Of a stretch of 64,000 bases of DNA, positions 38,439 through 49,831 are shown piece by piece (position 1 is the stretch's first letter; each line of letters opens with the position of its first letter). The notes beneath the pieces are model-generated. The model was not told the DNA's origin, ran no database searches, and was given only the letters and a program-made list of their open reading frames with translations. The DNA is taken from positions 7,622 to 71,621 of the forward strand of contig JBGCFS010000044.1 of NCBI GenBank assembly GCA_045107035.1, given 5' to 3'. The stretch is from Hyphomicrobiales bacterium (lineage in GTDB: Bacteria; Pseudomonadota; Alphaproteobacteria; Rhizobiales; GCA-2746425). A program made the translations under genes and the position numbers.

Positions 38439-39137
38439 TTATTGCTGGAATTGGTCGTCCAATGAATATCCAGAACCACGGACAGTGCGAATAGGGTCTT
38501 TGGCGCGGCCTTTATTTATGGCTTTGCGCAGTCTGCCCACATGCACATCTACTGTGCGTTCGTCGACATAAACATCGTGGCCCCACACGCCATCTAGCAG
38601 CTGTTCCCGCGAATATACACGCCCCGGATTCTGCATGAAGAATTCGAGCAGTTTGAATTCAGTTGGTCCCAAGTGGATCTCACGGGCAGCACGCCGGACA
38701 CGATGGGTTTCTCGATCGAGCTCAATATCTCCTGCCAATAGCATTTTTGAAACGATTTCAGGCTTCGCACGACGCAACATGGCTCGGATACGCGCCATCA
38801 GTTCCGGGACTGAAAACGGCTTCACTACATAGTCATCAGCGCCGGTCGACAAGCCTCGAATTCGTTCTGTTTCTTCGCCGCGAGCGGTTAACATTATAAC
38901 TGGCAACGCGCGCGTTTCCTCACGTGCACGCAATCTACGACAAAGCTCAATGCCAGACAGGCCTGGTAGCATCCAATCAAGCAATAGAAGATCGGGCACA
39001 GATTCGCGAAGTTTCAGTTCAGCGTCATCCCCGCGATCAGAGACATCAACCTGATAGCCTTCACTTTCCAGATTGTAGCGTAACAAAAGACTCAGTGCTT
39101 CTTCGTCTTCCACTACCAGAATACTGGGGGCTGCCAT
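38439..39137 (-). CDS. phoB: Phosphate regulon response regulator PhoB
   Basis: ILVVEDE, LLDWMLP, GADDYVVKPFS, LGPTEF, RTVDVHVGRLRK, RTVRGSGY; adjacent to phoU. Confidence 0.95.
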   Translation of the reverse strand: MAAPSILVVEDEEALSLLLRYNLESEGYQVDVSDRGDDAELKLRESVPDLLLLDWMLPGLSGIELCRRLRAREETRALPVIMLTARGEETERIRGLSTGADDYVVKPFSVPELMARIRAMLRRAKPEIVSKMLLAGDIELDRETHRVRRAAREIHLGPTEFKLLEFFMQNPGRVYSREQLLDGVWGHDVYVDERTVDVHVGRLRKAINKGRAKDPIRTVRGSGYSLDDQFQQ

Positions 39138-39164
39138 GCGTGCGTCTCCGAAACTCTATGCGTC

Positions 39165-39869
39165 TTAGTTTAATGCAGGTGTGATGCTGTTGTCGCCTTT
39201 CGGGCGTTCATCTTCCACCTGTGACCCGGTTACCTGATAGATCACTGTTTCCGCGATGTTAGTTGCGTGATCGCCAATTCGCTCTACGTTTTTGGCGCAA
39301 AACAACAGATGTGTGCACAGCGTGATGTTCCGTGGATCTTCCATCATGTAGGTAAGTAATTCGCGGAAAATTGATGTGTACATGGCATCAATTTCATCAT
39401 CATTTTTCCAAACCAGACCCGCCTTGTCTGGATCCTTCGTGACATACGCATCCAACACATTGGTCAGCTGAGCTTGAGCCAACTCAGCCATGTGTTCTAT
39501 GCCATGGATCAATTTTGGTGGTTGGAATTGACCCTCAACAGCAATAACGCGCTTTGCGATGTTCTTGGCTAAATCACCACATCGCTCAAGGTCACTAGAA
39601 ATTCGCAAGGTCGAGACAACTTCACGCAAGTCAGACCCCATCGGCTGACGCTTAGCGATGGTGAGAATTGCGTCATCTTCCACTTGGCGCTGCAAGCGGT
39701 CGAGATCTTTGTCGTCCTTGATAATTTTGCGCGCTAGGTCCAAATCAAAGCTCAAAAGTGCTTGAATGGCCTCAATAATCATGCCTTCGGCAATACCGCC
39801 CATTTCGGCAATATCGCGCGCTAAGCGCTGTAGTTCTTCATCATAAGCACTAACAATATGGACTGACAT
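39165..39869 (-). CDS. phoU: Phosphate signalling protein PhoU
   Basis: IAKRQPMGSDLR, SDLERCGDLAKNI, ERIGDHATNIAE. Confidence 0.95.
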   Translation of the reverse strand: MSVHIVSAYDEELQRLARDIAEMGGIAEGMIIEAIQALLSFDLDLARKIIKDDKDLDRLQRQVEDDAILTIAKRQPMGSDLREVVSTLRISSDLERCGDLAKNIAKRVIAVEGQFQPPKLIHGIEHMAELAQAQLTNVLDAYVTKDPDKAGLVWKNDDEIDAMYTSIFRELLTYMMEDPRNITLCTHLLFCAKNVERIGDHATNIAETVIYQVTGSQVEDERPKGDNSITPALN

Positions 39870-39890
39870 GGCTAATTCCTATCCTAACAC

Positions 39891-40730
39891 CTAGCCGAAA
39901 CGGCCGGTGATGTAATCTTGTGTGCGTTGATCTTTTGGGTTGGTGAAGATGTCATCTGTGACACCCTCTTCGACAAGGTTTCCAAGGTGAAAAAACGCCG
40001 TACGCTGCGACACACGTGCCGCTTGCTGCATTGAGTGAGTCACAATCACAATTGTAAAATTTTGACGCAATTCATCTATGAGTTCTTCAACCTTCGCAGT
40101 TGCGATTGGGTCAAGGGCAGAACAAGGCTCATCCATCAAGATCACTTCGGGACTGACAGCAATTGCGCGAGCTATGCAAAGCCTTTGTTGCTGGCCACCG
40201 GAAAGACCTGTCCCCGGTTCTTCCAGACGATCTTTTACTTCCTCAAACAAAGCAGCTCGCTGGAGGCTTTCAACAACGATCTCTTCCAGTTCAGCTTTGC
40301 TACGTGCTAATCCATGAATGCGCGGGCCATAGGCGACATTTTCAAAGATCGATTTTGGAAATGGATTGGGCTTTTGGAAAACCATTCCGACACGAGCGCG
40401 CAATTCCACAACATCAATTGACGGATCGTAGATATTTTCATCGTCCAGTGTGATCATGCCTTCAACTCGGCAAATATCAATTGTGTCATTCATACGATTG
40501 AGGCAACGGATGAAGGTGGATTTGCCACAGCCGGAAGGTCCGATCAAAGCGGTAACTTGCCGTGCCGGGACATTCAGATCCACATCGAACAAAGCCTGCT
40601 TCTCACCGTAGAATACGTTTACTTTTTCACCCTTCATTTTGATGTCAAGTGAACTGGTTTGTGAAGGTGACAAAGTCCCAGTGATTTGCATGTCGACAGA
40701 AGCATCCATGTTTAAAGTCCCTTTTGTCAT
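39891..40730 (-). CDS. pstB: Phosphate ABC transporter ATP-binding protein
   Basis: [52 protein letters not shown]. Confidence 0.95.
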   Translation of the reverse strand: MTKGTLNMDASVDMQITGTLSPSQTSSLDIKMKGEKVNVFYGEKQALFDVDLNVPARQVTALIGPSGCGKSTFIRCLNRMNDTIDICRVEGMITLDDENIYDPSIDVVELRARVGMVFQKPNPFPKSIFENVAYGPRIHGLARSKAELEEIVVESLQRAALFEEVKDRLEEPGTGLSGGQQQRLCIARAIAVSPEVILMDEPCSALDPIATAKVEELIDELRQNFTIVIVTHSMQQAARVSQRTAFFHLGNLVEEGVTDDIFTNPKDQRTQDYITGRFG

Positions 40731-40732
40731 GT

Positions 40733-42052
40733 CTACCAGCGACGCTCAAAGCGCTTACGCAGGAACACCGCTAGGGCGTTCATAAGAATGAGAAAAATCA
40801 GAAGAATGATGATAGCGGCAGAGGTCCGCTCAACAAAAGCACGCTCTGCAGAGTTCGCCCAAAGGAAAATTTGAACTGGCACAGCCGTTGAAGGGCTCCA
40901 TGGAGAAGTTGGAAAATCATTCACAAAGGCAACCATGCCGATCATCAAAAGCGGGGCGGTTTCACCCAGTGCCTGAGCCAAACCAATAATTGTACCTGTC
41001 ATAACTCCGGGAGCAGCTAATGGCAGAACATGGTGGAACACCGCTTGGTTTTTTGAAGCACCAATACCAAGCGCACCTTCACGAATTGATGGCGGAACAG
41101 CGCGCAACGCAGCGCGGGTGGCGATGATGATCGTCGGCAACGTCATAAGGGTCAGCACAAGACCGCCAACAATGGCAGAAGACCTCGGTAAACCAGCATA
41201 ATTTATGAAAACCGCAAGCCCCAGAATACCAAACACAATGGATGGCACTGCAGCAAGGTTGTTGATGTTAACCTCGATCAGATCTGTCCAACGGTTTTTC
41301 GGAGCAAACTCTTCCAGATAAATGGAAGCTGCGACACCGATCGGCAAAGCCAATAAGAGCACTACTGCCATCATGAATAATGACCCCATAACAGCAACAG
41401 CTATGCCCGATGACTCAGCCCTACTGGATGGACCTTCAGTAAACAGGAACGTGTTGAAGCGTTTTTCGAGCAAGCCTTGTTCGATCAAACTATCGATCCA
41501 AGCCAATTGCTGGTTGTCGATTTGACGCCTATCTTCAGCAGCGTGACGGTCGATCTGCCCCTTCATAAGCGAGTCCACATCACCACGCGCGAGCACGGAA
41601 ATTACTTGCGTACTGCCAACATGATCTGGGTTTTCGAGCACGTAGTTTCGCACCTGATTGGATGCTTCTCGGGAAACCAGTTCCAGAATTTTACGTACTT
41701 CACCGCGGTTGCTCATATCAGCGCCGACTGTTTTGACAATCGCTTCACGCACCAATTTGGAATAGTTGGCTTTTTTGATACTCTCCGGCGTCACTTCACC
41801 ATCTTTTGAGAGAGCCTTCGTAGACAGTGTTACAGGGAGATCAATAATGGTCTGCTCGAACGCCGTGTAGCCTCGTGAAATGATCGAGTAGAACAATAGA
41901 CTCAGGAAAATAAGTCCCAATGAAATTGCAATAATTCCGTAGGCTTGGAACCGTTTTTCAGCGGCATATCTAGCTTTAAGAGAATTATCCATCGCCTCGC
42001 GAATTGTTCGGCGCGCAGGTTTTTCACTCGGAGGAAGGGTGCTGTCGGACAT
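40733..42052 (-). CDS. pstA: Phosphate ABC transporter permease PstA
   Basis: [27 protein letters not shown]. Confidence 0.94.
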   Translation of the reverse strand: MSDSTLPPSEKPARRTIREAMDNSLKARYAAEKRFQAYGIIAISLGLIFLSLLFYSIISRGYTAFEQTIIDLPVTLSTKALSKDGEVTPESIKKANYSKLVREAIVKTVGADMSNRGEVRKILELVSREASNQVRNYVLENPDHVGSTQVISVLARGDVDSLMKGQIDRHAAEDRRQIDNQQLAWIDSLIEQGLLEKRFNTFLFTEGPSSRAESSGIAVAVMGSLFMMAVVLLLALPIGVAASIYLEEFAPKNRWTDLIEVNINNLAAVPSIVFGILGLAVFINYAGLPRSSAIVGGLVLTLMTLPTIIIATRAALRAVPPSIREGALGIGASKNQAVFHHVLPLAAPGVMTGTIIGLAQALGETAPLLMIGMVAFVNDFPTSPWSPSTAVPVQIFLWANSAERAFVERTSAAIIILLIFLILMNALAVFLRKRFERRW

Positions 42053-43512
42053 TATTCGTACTGCTCCCGATATTTGCGCACAATGTAAAGCGCATATATA
42101 TTTAAAATCAAAGTCATGGTAAAAAGCGTCAAGCCAAGCGCAAAAGCAACAAGCGTTTGTGGGCTTGTAAATTCCGTATCACCTGTCAATTGACTGACAA
42201 TCTTTACAGTAACTGTTGTCACCGCTTCGAGAGGATTTGCGGTCAAGTTTGGCGCCACACCAGCTGCAAGCACAACGATCATTGTTTCACCAATGGCGCG
42301 GGAGGCAGCCAAAAGAATAGCGCCCACAATGCCAGGCAACGCTGCAGGAAAGACAACACGTCGTATGGTCTCTGATTTCGTTGCACCCAAACCAAGCGAG
42401 CCTTCGCGCATAGCACGTGGAACGGCTGATATGATGTCGTCGGAGAGAGACGATACAAATGGGATAATCATGATGCCCATTACCATACCGGCAGTGAGTG
42501 CACTACGAGCTGACACGTCTAAACCGACTGTCGCTCCAAAGTCCCGAAAGAATGGGCCAACGGTAACAAGTGCAAAGAAGCCGTACACAATTGTTGGTAT
42601 GCCCGCTAAAATTTCCAATAGTGGCTTGGCAATGCCGCGAACGCGCTTGGACGCATATTCGGACATATAAATTGCTGAGAAAAGACCAATAGGTACTGCA
42701 ACCAGCAGTGCAATAAATGACACGAGAATTGTGCCCCAAAGCAAGGGTAACAGTCCGTACTGGCCAATTGCGGTGTCTGCGCCAGCGCCTGCAAATCTTG
42801 GATCCCATACAGTGCCAAGGAAGAAGTTCGATAAAGGCACAGTATTAAAGAAACGCACAGTCTCCGACATCATGGACATGACGATGCCGACGGTTGTCAA
42901 TATGGCTATACTGGAAGCGGTTATTAAACCAATGCGAATCGACAGTTCGACAATGTTTCGGGCACGTAATTTAGGGTTGAGGCTTTTCAGTAAATACAGA
43001 AACGCTAGCGCTGCAGCGATTACAAGAGAAGCCAGACGTATGTCCTTGCTAGCGCTTTGACGCTCAAGATACACATTCGCCGAGTTAACCATATAGCGCC
43101 GCACATCAGAACCAAGTGGTACACCCTTTTCGGCCAGCGCCTCTCTAGCATCTACACGGCCAATAGAAACCTGCCGGCGTTCCGCAGGGCCCAAGAGTTT
43201 AAGGCCATCTGCGATAGAGCGGATCTGACCTTCAATCAAACCAACTTCAGATGTAGTTAGCGCGCGCACAGCTTCGGGTAATTGCCCACGAACAACCGAT
43301 TTCAAATAGAGGGGTTCCGCAACTTGCCAAAACATGATGAGCGCCAGCAAAGGCGCGCCTAGAATAATAGCAGAATAGCTGCCGTGATATGTTGGGCGAG
43401 AATGAAGTTTTTTTACGTCTCCGCCAACCATTTGAATTGCACGCGTGCGGGCAAAAATGAAAACGGCTGCCATTAGAATGACAATGACTGTCAGCAATAG
43501 ACCGGTTGTCAT
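42052..43512 (-). CDS. pstC: Phosphate ABC transporter permease PstC
   Basis: LAGIPTIVYG, SRAIGETMIV; long N-terminal extension typical of alphaproteobacteria. Confidence 0.94.
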   Translation of the reverse strand: MTTGLLLTVIVILMAAVFIFARTRAIQMVGGDVKKLHSRPTYHGSYSAIILGAPLLALIMFWQVAEPLYLKSVVRGQLPEAVRALTTSEVGLIEGQIRSIADGLKLLGPAERRQVSIGRVDAREALAEKGVPLGSDVRRYMVNSANVYLERQSASKDIRLASLVIAAALAFLYLLKSLNPKLRARNIVELSIRIGLITASSIAILTTVGIVMSMMSETVRFFNTVPLSNFFLGTVWDPRFAGAGADTAIGQYGLLPLLWGTILVSFIALLVAVPIGLFSAIYMSEYASKRVRGIAKPLLEILAGIPTIVYGFFALVTVGPFFRDFGATVGLDVSARSALTAGMVMGIMIIPFVSSLSDDIISAVPRAMREGSLGLGATKSETIRRVVFPAALPGIVGAILLAASRAIGETMIVVLAAGVAPNLTANPLEAVTTVTVKIVSQLTGDTEFTSPQTLVAFALGLTLFTMTLILNIYALYIVRKYREQYE

Positions 43513-43620
43513 TCGCTACCCTCGCCATTTTTCAACAAAGCCCGAGGCCTCATATCATAACTCAAAACTGAACAATCCATCGGAAAAACGGGCGATTGTT
43601 TTACCAACCGCCCATTTCAA

Positions 43621-44658
43621 TTACATAGCTTCTTTTTCGGAGAATTGAGCCAATTCAGCTTGACGCTCTTCTTCAGGAAGAGCAACAAGGCCATACTCAG
43701 CAAGCGGACCAAACGGACCAGCCATTTCTTCAGAAAGGAAGTACTCTACATACTCGGCAAGACCAGGAATAACGCCGATATGCGCCTGTTTTACGTAGAA
43801 ATACAGCGGGCGAGACACCGGGTATTGACCGCTGGAAATCGTTTCAACAGTTGGCACGATGCCACCCATTGTGGAAACCTGAAGCTTGTCAGTATTGTTT
43901 TGATAGAATGCAAGTCCGAAAACACCAACACCGGTTTTGTTAGATTCGATCCGCGCAAGTGTTTCAGTGTAATCCCCGTCAATGTCTACTGACTTACCGT
44001 CGGTACGAACTTTAATGCAGACACTGTGGGCTGCCTTCTTGTCCATTCCACTTGCTTTCAAAGCTTCCAACGCACCCGTTGATTCACAGCCAGCTGCCAG
44101 AACCTTTTCTTCAAACACTTCACGTGTTCCGTGCTTTTCACCAGGAATATAAGCTGCAATGTCCCATGCCGGGAAGTTCGAGTTCACTTCGTTCCAGCTT
44201 GTATATGGGTTGTCGACGAGCTTACCATCGACAACAATCTGAGCAGCAAGAGCTTTGTACCAATCAGATGGCTCAAATGCCATTACCGCACCATCAATGT
44301 CGTATGCAAATACGATACCATCGTAGCCGAACTTAACTTCGTGAATACCCTCAACGCCTGCTGCTTTACATGCAGCTATTTCTTTTTCACGCATTGGGCG
44401 AGAAGCGTTGGCAACATCGATCGTGTTTTCGCCAACACCCTGACAAAACTGTTTTAATCCAGCAGATGAACCGCCAGACTCAATGATTGGCGAAGGGTAG
44501 TTGGACGCATTGCCAAACTCTTCAGAGACGATTGTTGCGTAGGGAAGCACGGTGGAGGAACCGGCAACTTGAACTTGATCGCGCGCGTCAGCAGCACCAA
44601 CGATGGCAAAAAATGAAACGCCAACAGCAAATGCGCTAGTTGCAGATGTAATTTTCAA
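43621..44658 (-). CDS. pstS: Phosphate ABC transporter substrate-binding protein
   Basis: AGSSTVLPY, ESGGSSAG, ANASR, YPVSRPLYFYVK. Start placed at TTG 44658 (GGGAG RBS, signal peptide MKITSATSAFAVG). Confidence 0.92.
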   Translation of the reverse strand: MKITSATSAFAVGVSFFAIVGAADARDQVQVAGSSTVLPYATIVSEEFGNASNYPSPIIESGGSSAGLKQFCQGVGENTIDVANASRPMREKEIAACKAAGVEGIHEVKFGYDGIVFAYDIDGAVMAFEPSDWYKALAAQIVVDGKLVDNPYTSWNEVNSNFPAWDIAAYIPGEKHGTREVFEEKVLAAGCESTGALEALKASGMDKKAAHSVCIKVRTDGKSVDIDGDYTETLARIESNKTGVGVFGLAFYQNNTDKLQVSTMGGIVPTVETISSGQYPVSRPLYFYVKQAHIGVIPGLAEYVEYFLSEEMAGPFGPLAEYGLVALPEEERQAELAQFSEKEAM

Positions 44659-44858
44659 TGGACTTCTCCCTGGAAAGGTCCGGGCGCGCCAATTTTTTGG
44701 TGGCAACACCCACAATTCTAATGAACAACCTGACTGCCAACTCAATCATGAGCACCCAGGAGCGAGCGGATTGCAAACAAACCGTTTGTCTGCGCAAAAG
44801 ACTGGTTAACCAACCTTGTCTTTCGCTAGGCAATCTATCGCCAGCTGATGATGCTTCT

Positions 44859-44887
44859 ATGACATTTATATATCTGTTTTGTGACAG
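44859..44887 (-). promoter_or_regulatory. Pho box upstream of pstS
   Basis: Minus strand CTGTCAC-AAAA-CAGATAT-ATAA-ATGTCAT: three 7-mers at 11-bp periodicity, the outer two matching CTGTCAT. Confidence 0.7.
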
Positions 44888-44912
44888 TTTAACCTATTGA
44901 AATATAATAATA

Positions 44913-46289
44913 TTACGATTCAATGGGCTCCGTTTTAGTTTTTTCAAAATCTCCCGGTGTCATCGTCTGCGGAAAGCGCACTGTGAAAGCCGCACCTGCT
45001 CCACTTTGGGTTTGAATATCGAGCAACGCATTGTGACGATTCAAAATGTGCTTGACGATTGCAAGCCCCAGGCCCGTGCCTTGTTTGCTTTTACTGGTTT
45101 CCATATCTGCCCGATAAAAGCGCTCCGTCAGGCGAGGTACATGCGCTGCCGCGATGCCGGGCCCAAAGTCCCGCACTGTTACAACAGGTCCATTGCCTTG
45201 GGTTTCAAGAGCCAGCTCAATCTCCACACGTTCACCGGAGGCACCATACTTGATGGCATTTTCAACCAAATTGCTAAACACCTGCACCAGCTCATCTTCT
45301 GCTCCTGCTATTAGAAATGCTTCACCTTGCGTATCAAAATTCAGAGAAACATCATTGTCGCGTGCCAAGGGCGCCAACGTATCCAACACATGGTTTATAA
45401 GTTGACCAAGATCTACGGAATCGGTTGGTTTTAAGTGCGCCTTCATTTCGATACGGCTAAGAGATAAGAGATCGTCGATAAGCCGAGACATGCGTTCAGA
45501 CTGTTCTCTCATTATTTTCAGGAAACGCAGACGGGCAATTTCATCATCCTTAGCTGGCCCCAAAAGTGTTTCAATAAACCCTGACATTGAAGCGAGCGGC
45601 GTCCGCAGTTCATGGCTGGCGTTGGCAATAAAGTCTTCACGCATACGCTCTGTTCGTTTTTGTTCACTTAAATCTTGAAATTGAATGAGCAAAAATGGCG
45701 ACATGAGCAGTTCACTTTTGCGCGCACTGGAAGAGAGTGAAGCAAGTCCCAAAGGACTAATCGCCACATTATACCAGCGCTCCACCGGCACTCTTTCAAT
45801 ATATTCTAACTGCTCTGCCGCGTTACTTTTCGCAACACGAGCAAGAGCTGCAACCAGATTTCTCTGCCGCAGATGAAGCGACATTGGTTGCCCAGGGCGA
45901 ATGTCTCCAAACACTGTGCCCGCGGCTCCATTTAAAAACCGTACAACACCTTCTCGATCGATTAGGACACTGGGTGAGCTGAGTGAGGCAATAACTCGTT
46001 TAGTTGATGTATCTGGCCAAACAGCTTGCTGAGATACACTTCTTGCTGCTTGCAATGCCTTTAGGCGGCGGCGTCTCTGGCTAGTTGCGGGCTCAACCAT
46101 AACCGCCGCTGATATTGCGAGCATGAACAGCATGCCAGCGCCAGGTCCAATATCACCGCGCACCCATAGGGCAACCAAGCCACCTAAGGTTACAATCAGC
46201 ACCCATCGCAGATCTGCCAGCCGCTTGAACGGTGCGATATTTTCTCTTTCGGCATCAGACAGTTTGGAATCAGCAGCCATAGCAGCCAT
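44913..46289 (-). CDS. phoR: Phosphate regulon sensor histidine kinase
   Basis: PAS region, H-box FIANASHELRTPL, NLVENAIKY, DFGPGI, ERFYRAD, GTGLGLAIVKHI. Start at ATG 46289 (GGAG RBS). Confidence 0.92.
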   Translation of the reverse strand: MAAMAADSKLSDAERENIAPFKRLADLRWVLIVTLGGLVALWVRGDIGPGAGMLFMLAISAAVMVEPATSQRRRRLKALQAARSVSQQAVWPDTSTKRVIASLSSPSVLIDREGVVRFLNGAAGTVFGDIRPGQPMSLHLRQRNLVAALARVAKSNAAEQLEYIERVPVERWYNVAISPLGLASLSSSARKSELLMSPFLLIQFQDLSEQKRTERMREDFIANASHELRTPLASMSGFIETLLGPAKDDEIARLRFLKIMREQSERMSRLIDDLLSLSRIEMKAHLKPTDSVDLGQLINHVLDTLAPLARDNDVSLNFDTQGEAFLIAGAEDELVQVFSNLVENAIKYGASGERVEIELALETQGNGPVVTVRDFGPGIAAAHVPRLTERFYRADMETSKSKQGTGLGLAIVKHILNRHNALLDIQTQSGAGAAFTVRFPQTMTPGDFEKTKTEPIES

Positions 46290-46479
46290 TGCTCCGTGTT
46301 TACGTGGCGGTGTAGATGATGAACGAAATCTTTTATGCGGCAAAGTTATTTCAGTTTTTTGACACTCTGAAATTTGCTGAAATTCAATTCATCTTGTTTC
46401 TAATGCGTACATTGTAGCATTGGTGATCATGAGCTAACTTTTAAAAATCTACACGTCAAAAAATTAATCGGGGATAGGC

Positions 46480-47385
46480 ATGGGCAAGAAGTCACCATCT
46501 GAAGGCAAAAGAGGAAATCATACGATTTTGGAGGTGTTCGATCTGGACAGACCAAAGCTTGTTGATGAAATCGCCGATGCCGCCATGCAAAGCGGTAACT
46601 ACCCATATAACGACAAGCTGGATCGTAAAGACTATGAAGCGCGCCTGCGAGAGCTGCAGATCGAATTGGTAAAGGTACAGTCTTGGGCACAAGATTCCGG
46701 ATCGCGAGTTGTTATGGTTTTTGAGGGCCGTGATGCTGCAGGCAAAGGTGGTACGATCAACTCATTCCGCTCTTATATGAACCCGCGTCATACCCGAATT
46801 GCCGCATTGCCGAAGCCTACAGACCGCGAACAGGGCCAGTGGTATTTCCAACGATATATTCAGCACCTACCGACAGAGGGCGAAATCGTACTATTTGACC
46901 GGTCCTGGTACAATCGCGGCGGTGTCGAACCCGTTATGGGATTTTGCACGCCAGCTCAACACAAAACGTTTTTGCAAGAAGCACCAAAGTTTGAACAAAT
47001 GATGGTTGATGAAGGTATTCACCTATTCAAGTTTTGGCTCAATATCGGTCGCGAAATGCAATTGAAGCGTTTCCACGATCGCAGGCACGACCCGCTGAAA
47101 CATTGGAAGCTTTCGCCGATGGATATAGCGTCACTCGACAAATGGGATGACTATACCAACAATCGTAATTTAATGTTGGCCAAGACGCATACGCAAGAAA
47201 CGCCCTGGACCATTTTGCGCTCAAACGACAAACGCCGCGCGCGCCTCAACGCCATTCGCCATGTACTGCAAAACCTTGACTATACTGGCAAAAATAAAAA
47301 GGCAATTGGAGACATCGATCCGCTCGTATTAGGCGCCGGCCCAGACTTCTTAAAGCTTCATGAAACTATGGATTTCGATAACTAA
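46480..47385 (+). CDS. ppk2: Polyphosphate kinase 2
   Basis: [34 protein letters not shown]. Confidence 0.94.
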   Translation: MGKKSPSEGKRGNHTILEVFDLDRPKLVDEIADAAMQSGNYPYNDKLDRKDYEARLRELQIELVKVQSWAQDSGSRVVMVFEGRDAAGKGGTINSFRSYMNPRHTRIAALPKPTDREQGQWYFQRYIQHLPTEGEIVLFDRSWYNRGGVEPVMGFCTPAQHKTFLQEAPKFEQMMVDEGIHLFKFWLNIGREMQLKRFHDRRHDPLKHWKLSPMDIASLDKWDDYTNNRNLMLAKTHTQETPWTILRSNDKRRARLNAIRHVLQNLDYTGKNKKAIGDIDPLVLGAGPDFLKLHETMDFDN

Positions 47386-47410
47386 AACCATTTAAATTAT
47401 GCTTGGTATT

Positions 47411-47441
47411 GAAGCCCTGAAACTAATGCTTTCGGGGCTTC
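47411..47441. terminator. Probable bidirectional terminator between ppk2 and cytochrome c
   Basis: GAAGCCCTGAAA-N7-TTTCGGGGCTTC between convergent genes. Confidence 0.65.
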
Positions 47442-47487
47442 AAGAAACTTAGTGTGTGTATTGCGCGACACTATTATTCTGCCTGGC

Positions 47488-47862
47488 CTACTTTTCTGCG
47501 ACGGACTGCAGGTAAGCAAAAAGATCATCGATCTGTTTTTCCTTCTTTAATCCGCCAAATGCCATTTTCGTCTTTGGCACCAACTCTTTTGGCTTGCGAA
47601 GGAATTCCTTCAATGTCGCTTCATCCCAAGTAAGATTTGCCGCCAACATAGCGTCGGAATATTTATATCCCTCTACAGCGCCAGAATTGCTGCCAATTAA
47701 GTCAAACATGCTGGGGCCGACCTTGTTTTTACCTTCTGTCAGGGAATGGCAAGCCTTGCATTTTTTGAAGACTTTTTTCCCTTTTTTTATGTCCCCTTCT
47801 GCCATAGCCGGAGCTGGAGCTGTGAACAGAACCAGCAGCGCAGTGATTGCCTCTTTGTACAT
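47488..47862 (-). CDS. Class I cytochrome c (c2/c550-like)
   Basis: Signal peptide; CKACH, NKVGP, PKTKMAF (axial Met). Start at ATG 47862 with AAGGA RBS. Confidence 0.92.
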   Translation of the reverse strand: MYKEAITALLVLFTAPAPAMAEGDIKKGKKVFKKCKACHSLTEGKNKVGPSMFDLIGSNSGAVEGYKYSDAMLAANLTWDEATLKEFLRKPKELVPKTKMAFGGLKKEKQIDDLFAYLQSVAEK

Positions 47863-47947
47863 GATGTTCCTTAAGGGTTGGTCCGAGCCAAATAAATAGC
47901 ATCGGCGCAATAATCAGAGCGTTCTGTGAGTTAACGAAAAGCTCAAC

Positions 47948-48535
47948 CTACTTCTGGAAAACTAACCTGACGGCAACAGGTGTTACGCGTGTGATTCCCG
48001 GCAACTTGGCCAATTTCATCAACATATTAACGCCTTCATCGATACCCAAATCTGCGGTTGGCATCATTATGAAATCTGCTGTTGTCACCAAAACTCGATT
48101 TTCAGAGAGGCGAGCAACCAACATTTCCGCTTCGATATCTGTTTCGCCGCCAGCAAATGCCAATTTTGCTTCAATATCAACGATGGCTGTTTCGCCGGCC
48201 TTTAATGCGTTGACTTCTTCCATGCCGATTGTGCCAGATATTACTGCCGTTGCAGCGCCGTCTTGGAAGACATGTTTTGCAATTCGCTCATTCCGAATAT
48301 CAATGTTGGTCTCGACAGAAGCCAAATCGATTGTGATGGAGATTTCCCCACTATCTGCAACCGTTCCGTTGACAGTTTCAAAGTGATGCACTTCTCCAAC
48401 GGTGTCTTTTTTTACGGAACCAAATGCGATGCTTGATTCTTCTGGGACTGATTTCCAAGTGCTATGTCCGCCAGCAAAAGCGGGCGCTGTAACTAGCAAC
48501 GATGTGGCACATATTAGACCTGTCAAAATTCTCAT
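47948..48535 (-). CDS. YceI-family periplasmic protein
   Basis: Signal peptide; SSIAFGSVK, IDLASVETNIDIRNERI. Start at ATG 48535 with GGAGG RBS. Confidence 0.82.
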   Translation of the reverse strand: MRILTGLICATSLLVTAPAFAGGHSTWKSVPEESSIAFGSVKKDTVGEVHHFETVNGTVADSGEISITIDLASVETNIDIRNERIAKHVFQDGAATAVISGTIGMEEVNALKAGETAIVDIEAKLAFAGGETDIEAEMLVARLSENRVLVTTADFIMMPTADLGIDEGVNMLMKLAKLPGITRVTPVAVRLVFQK

Positions 48536-48842
48536 AGTGTTTCCTCCGGTTTTCATTTGGGTGTAAAAGCCCATGAGAATGAAACACTCCAACTACCTGC
48601 CTTATTCATTTTCTTTTTTGACGGAATAAACTTTCGGCTCACGCTAAGGTGTTGTTGAGGTCTATATGTGCTGATAATCGACTGCAATCACTTTTAAAAT
48701 CCCATAATCGTAGGGGCGTTTTGCCATAAATGATCGAGATCCACATAGCGGTTCGCTAGACCGTTTGGAGGCTTATAAACGGATGCCATTTCTGATGACG
48801 ATGGAATGGCAAAAACCGGTGTGATGTGACGGTGAAATTCGG

Positions 48843-49733
48843 CTAGTTTAAAGCCTCAAAAATATTTGCGATTTGATCTGCCAGTGCACTCACACGCCGA
48901 GGCTGCGCGCGGCTTGGAGGGAAAAGCATTTGGAGTGGAACAGGCGGAGATGCGTATTCGTTTAACAGCGCAACCAAATTGCCCTTCTTGATATCTGCAC
49001 CAACATCCAACTCAGATCACAGTGCTATCCCATAGCCGGCCAGACACCATTTTCGGACCAACGCCCCTTCATTAGCAATGCGGTTTCCAGAGACCGTCAC
49101 AAGTTGTTTCAAATTGTTGGGGCCAAAGTGCCAAACATTGTCGAGATTGTTTCCAAATCGCATCAAAAGGCAATTGTGCTTTTTAAGATCCACAGGTTTT
49201 AAAGGAGTGCCCGAATTCTTCAAATATTCCGGCGCGGCACAAACAATACGTCTTCTTTGGACAAGGCTCCTTATCCGCAATGCGCTGTCGGTTATGGCGC
49301 CAAATCGCAACGCAATATCGATGCCTTCACCTACGATATCCAAATACCCATCAGATAGGATCAAATCGATTGTGATTGCAGGATTTTCGGAAAGAAATTG
49401 ATCAATTGCATCAGTTACAATATGACGCCCGATATCAACCGGCGCACTAATACGTATGGGGCCAGACAATGTTTGCGCCCCGTGCCGAATGTGGCTTTCA
49501 AGATCTGCAACTTCGCCCAACACAATTTTTGCGCCTTCAACTAAGGCGCGCCCCTCTTCCGTCAAGCTTATAGCGCGGGTAGTGCGGTTAAGCAGCACAA
49601 CACCATAATGCATCTCAAGCGATGATAGACGTTCTGAAACCGTGGCAGGCGAAAGACCAACCTCACGCCCTGCGGCAGAGAGGCCACCCTTCTCTACGAT
49701 TTTCAGAAACAGCGCGATGTTATCAAGTAGCAT
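48843..49733 (-). pseudogene. LysR-family regulator interrupted by an in-frame TGA
   Basis: HTH GLSAAGREVGLSPATVS. The ORF stops at TGA 49017-49019 (GYGIAL*) and the same frame continues SELDVGADIKKGNLVALLNEY...PRRVSAL to TAG 48843-48845, giving 297 codons, a normal LysR length. Confidence 0.85.
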
Positions 49734-49831
49734 TATTTAGATATTCCGAATTATTATTTTGGACAATGCCGGATTATCAAATTTTACGAAAGAATTATGT
49801 TGTGAGGGAAGCAGTCAAAGGTACAGAAATT

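Noticed and set aside
49017-49019. Selenocysteine recoding of the LysR TGA
   Set aside because: The position corresponds to a Lys/Arg-type residue in LysR proteins and no SECIS-like hairpin is evident; a CGA-to-TGA change or sequencing error is simpler.
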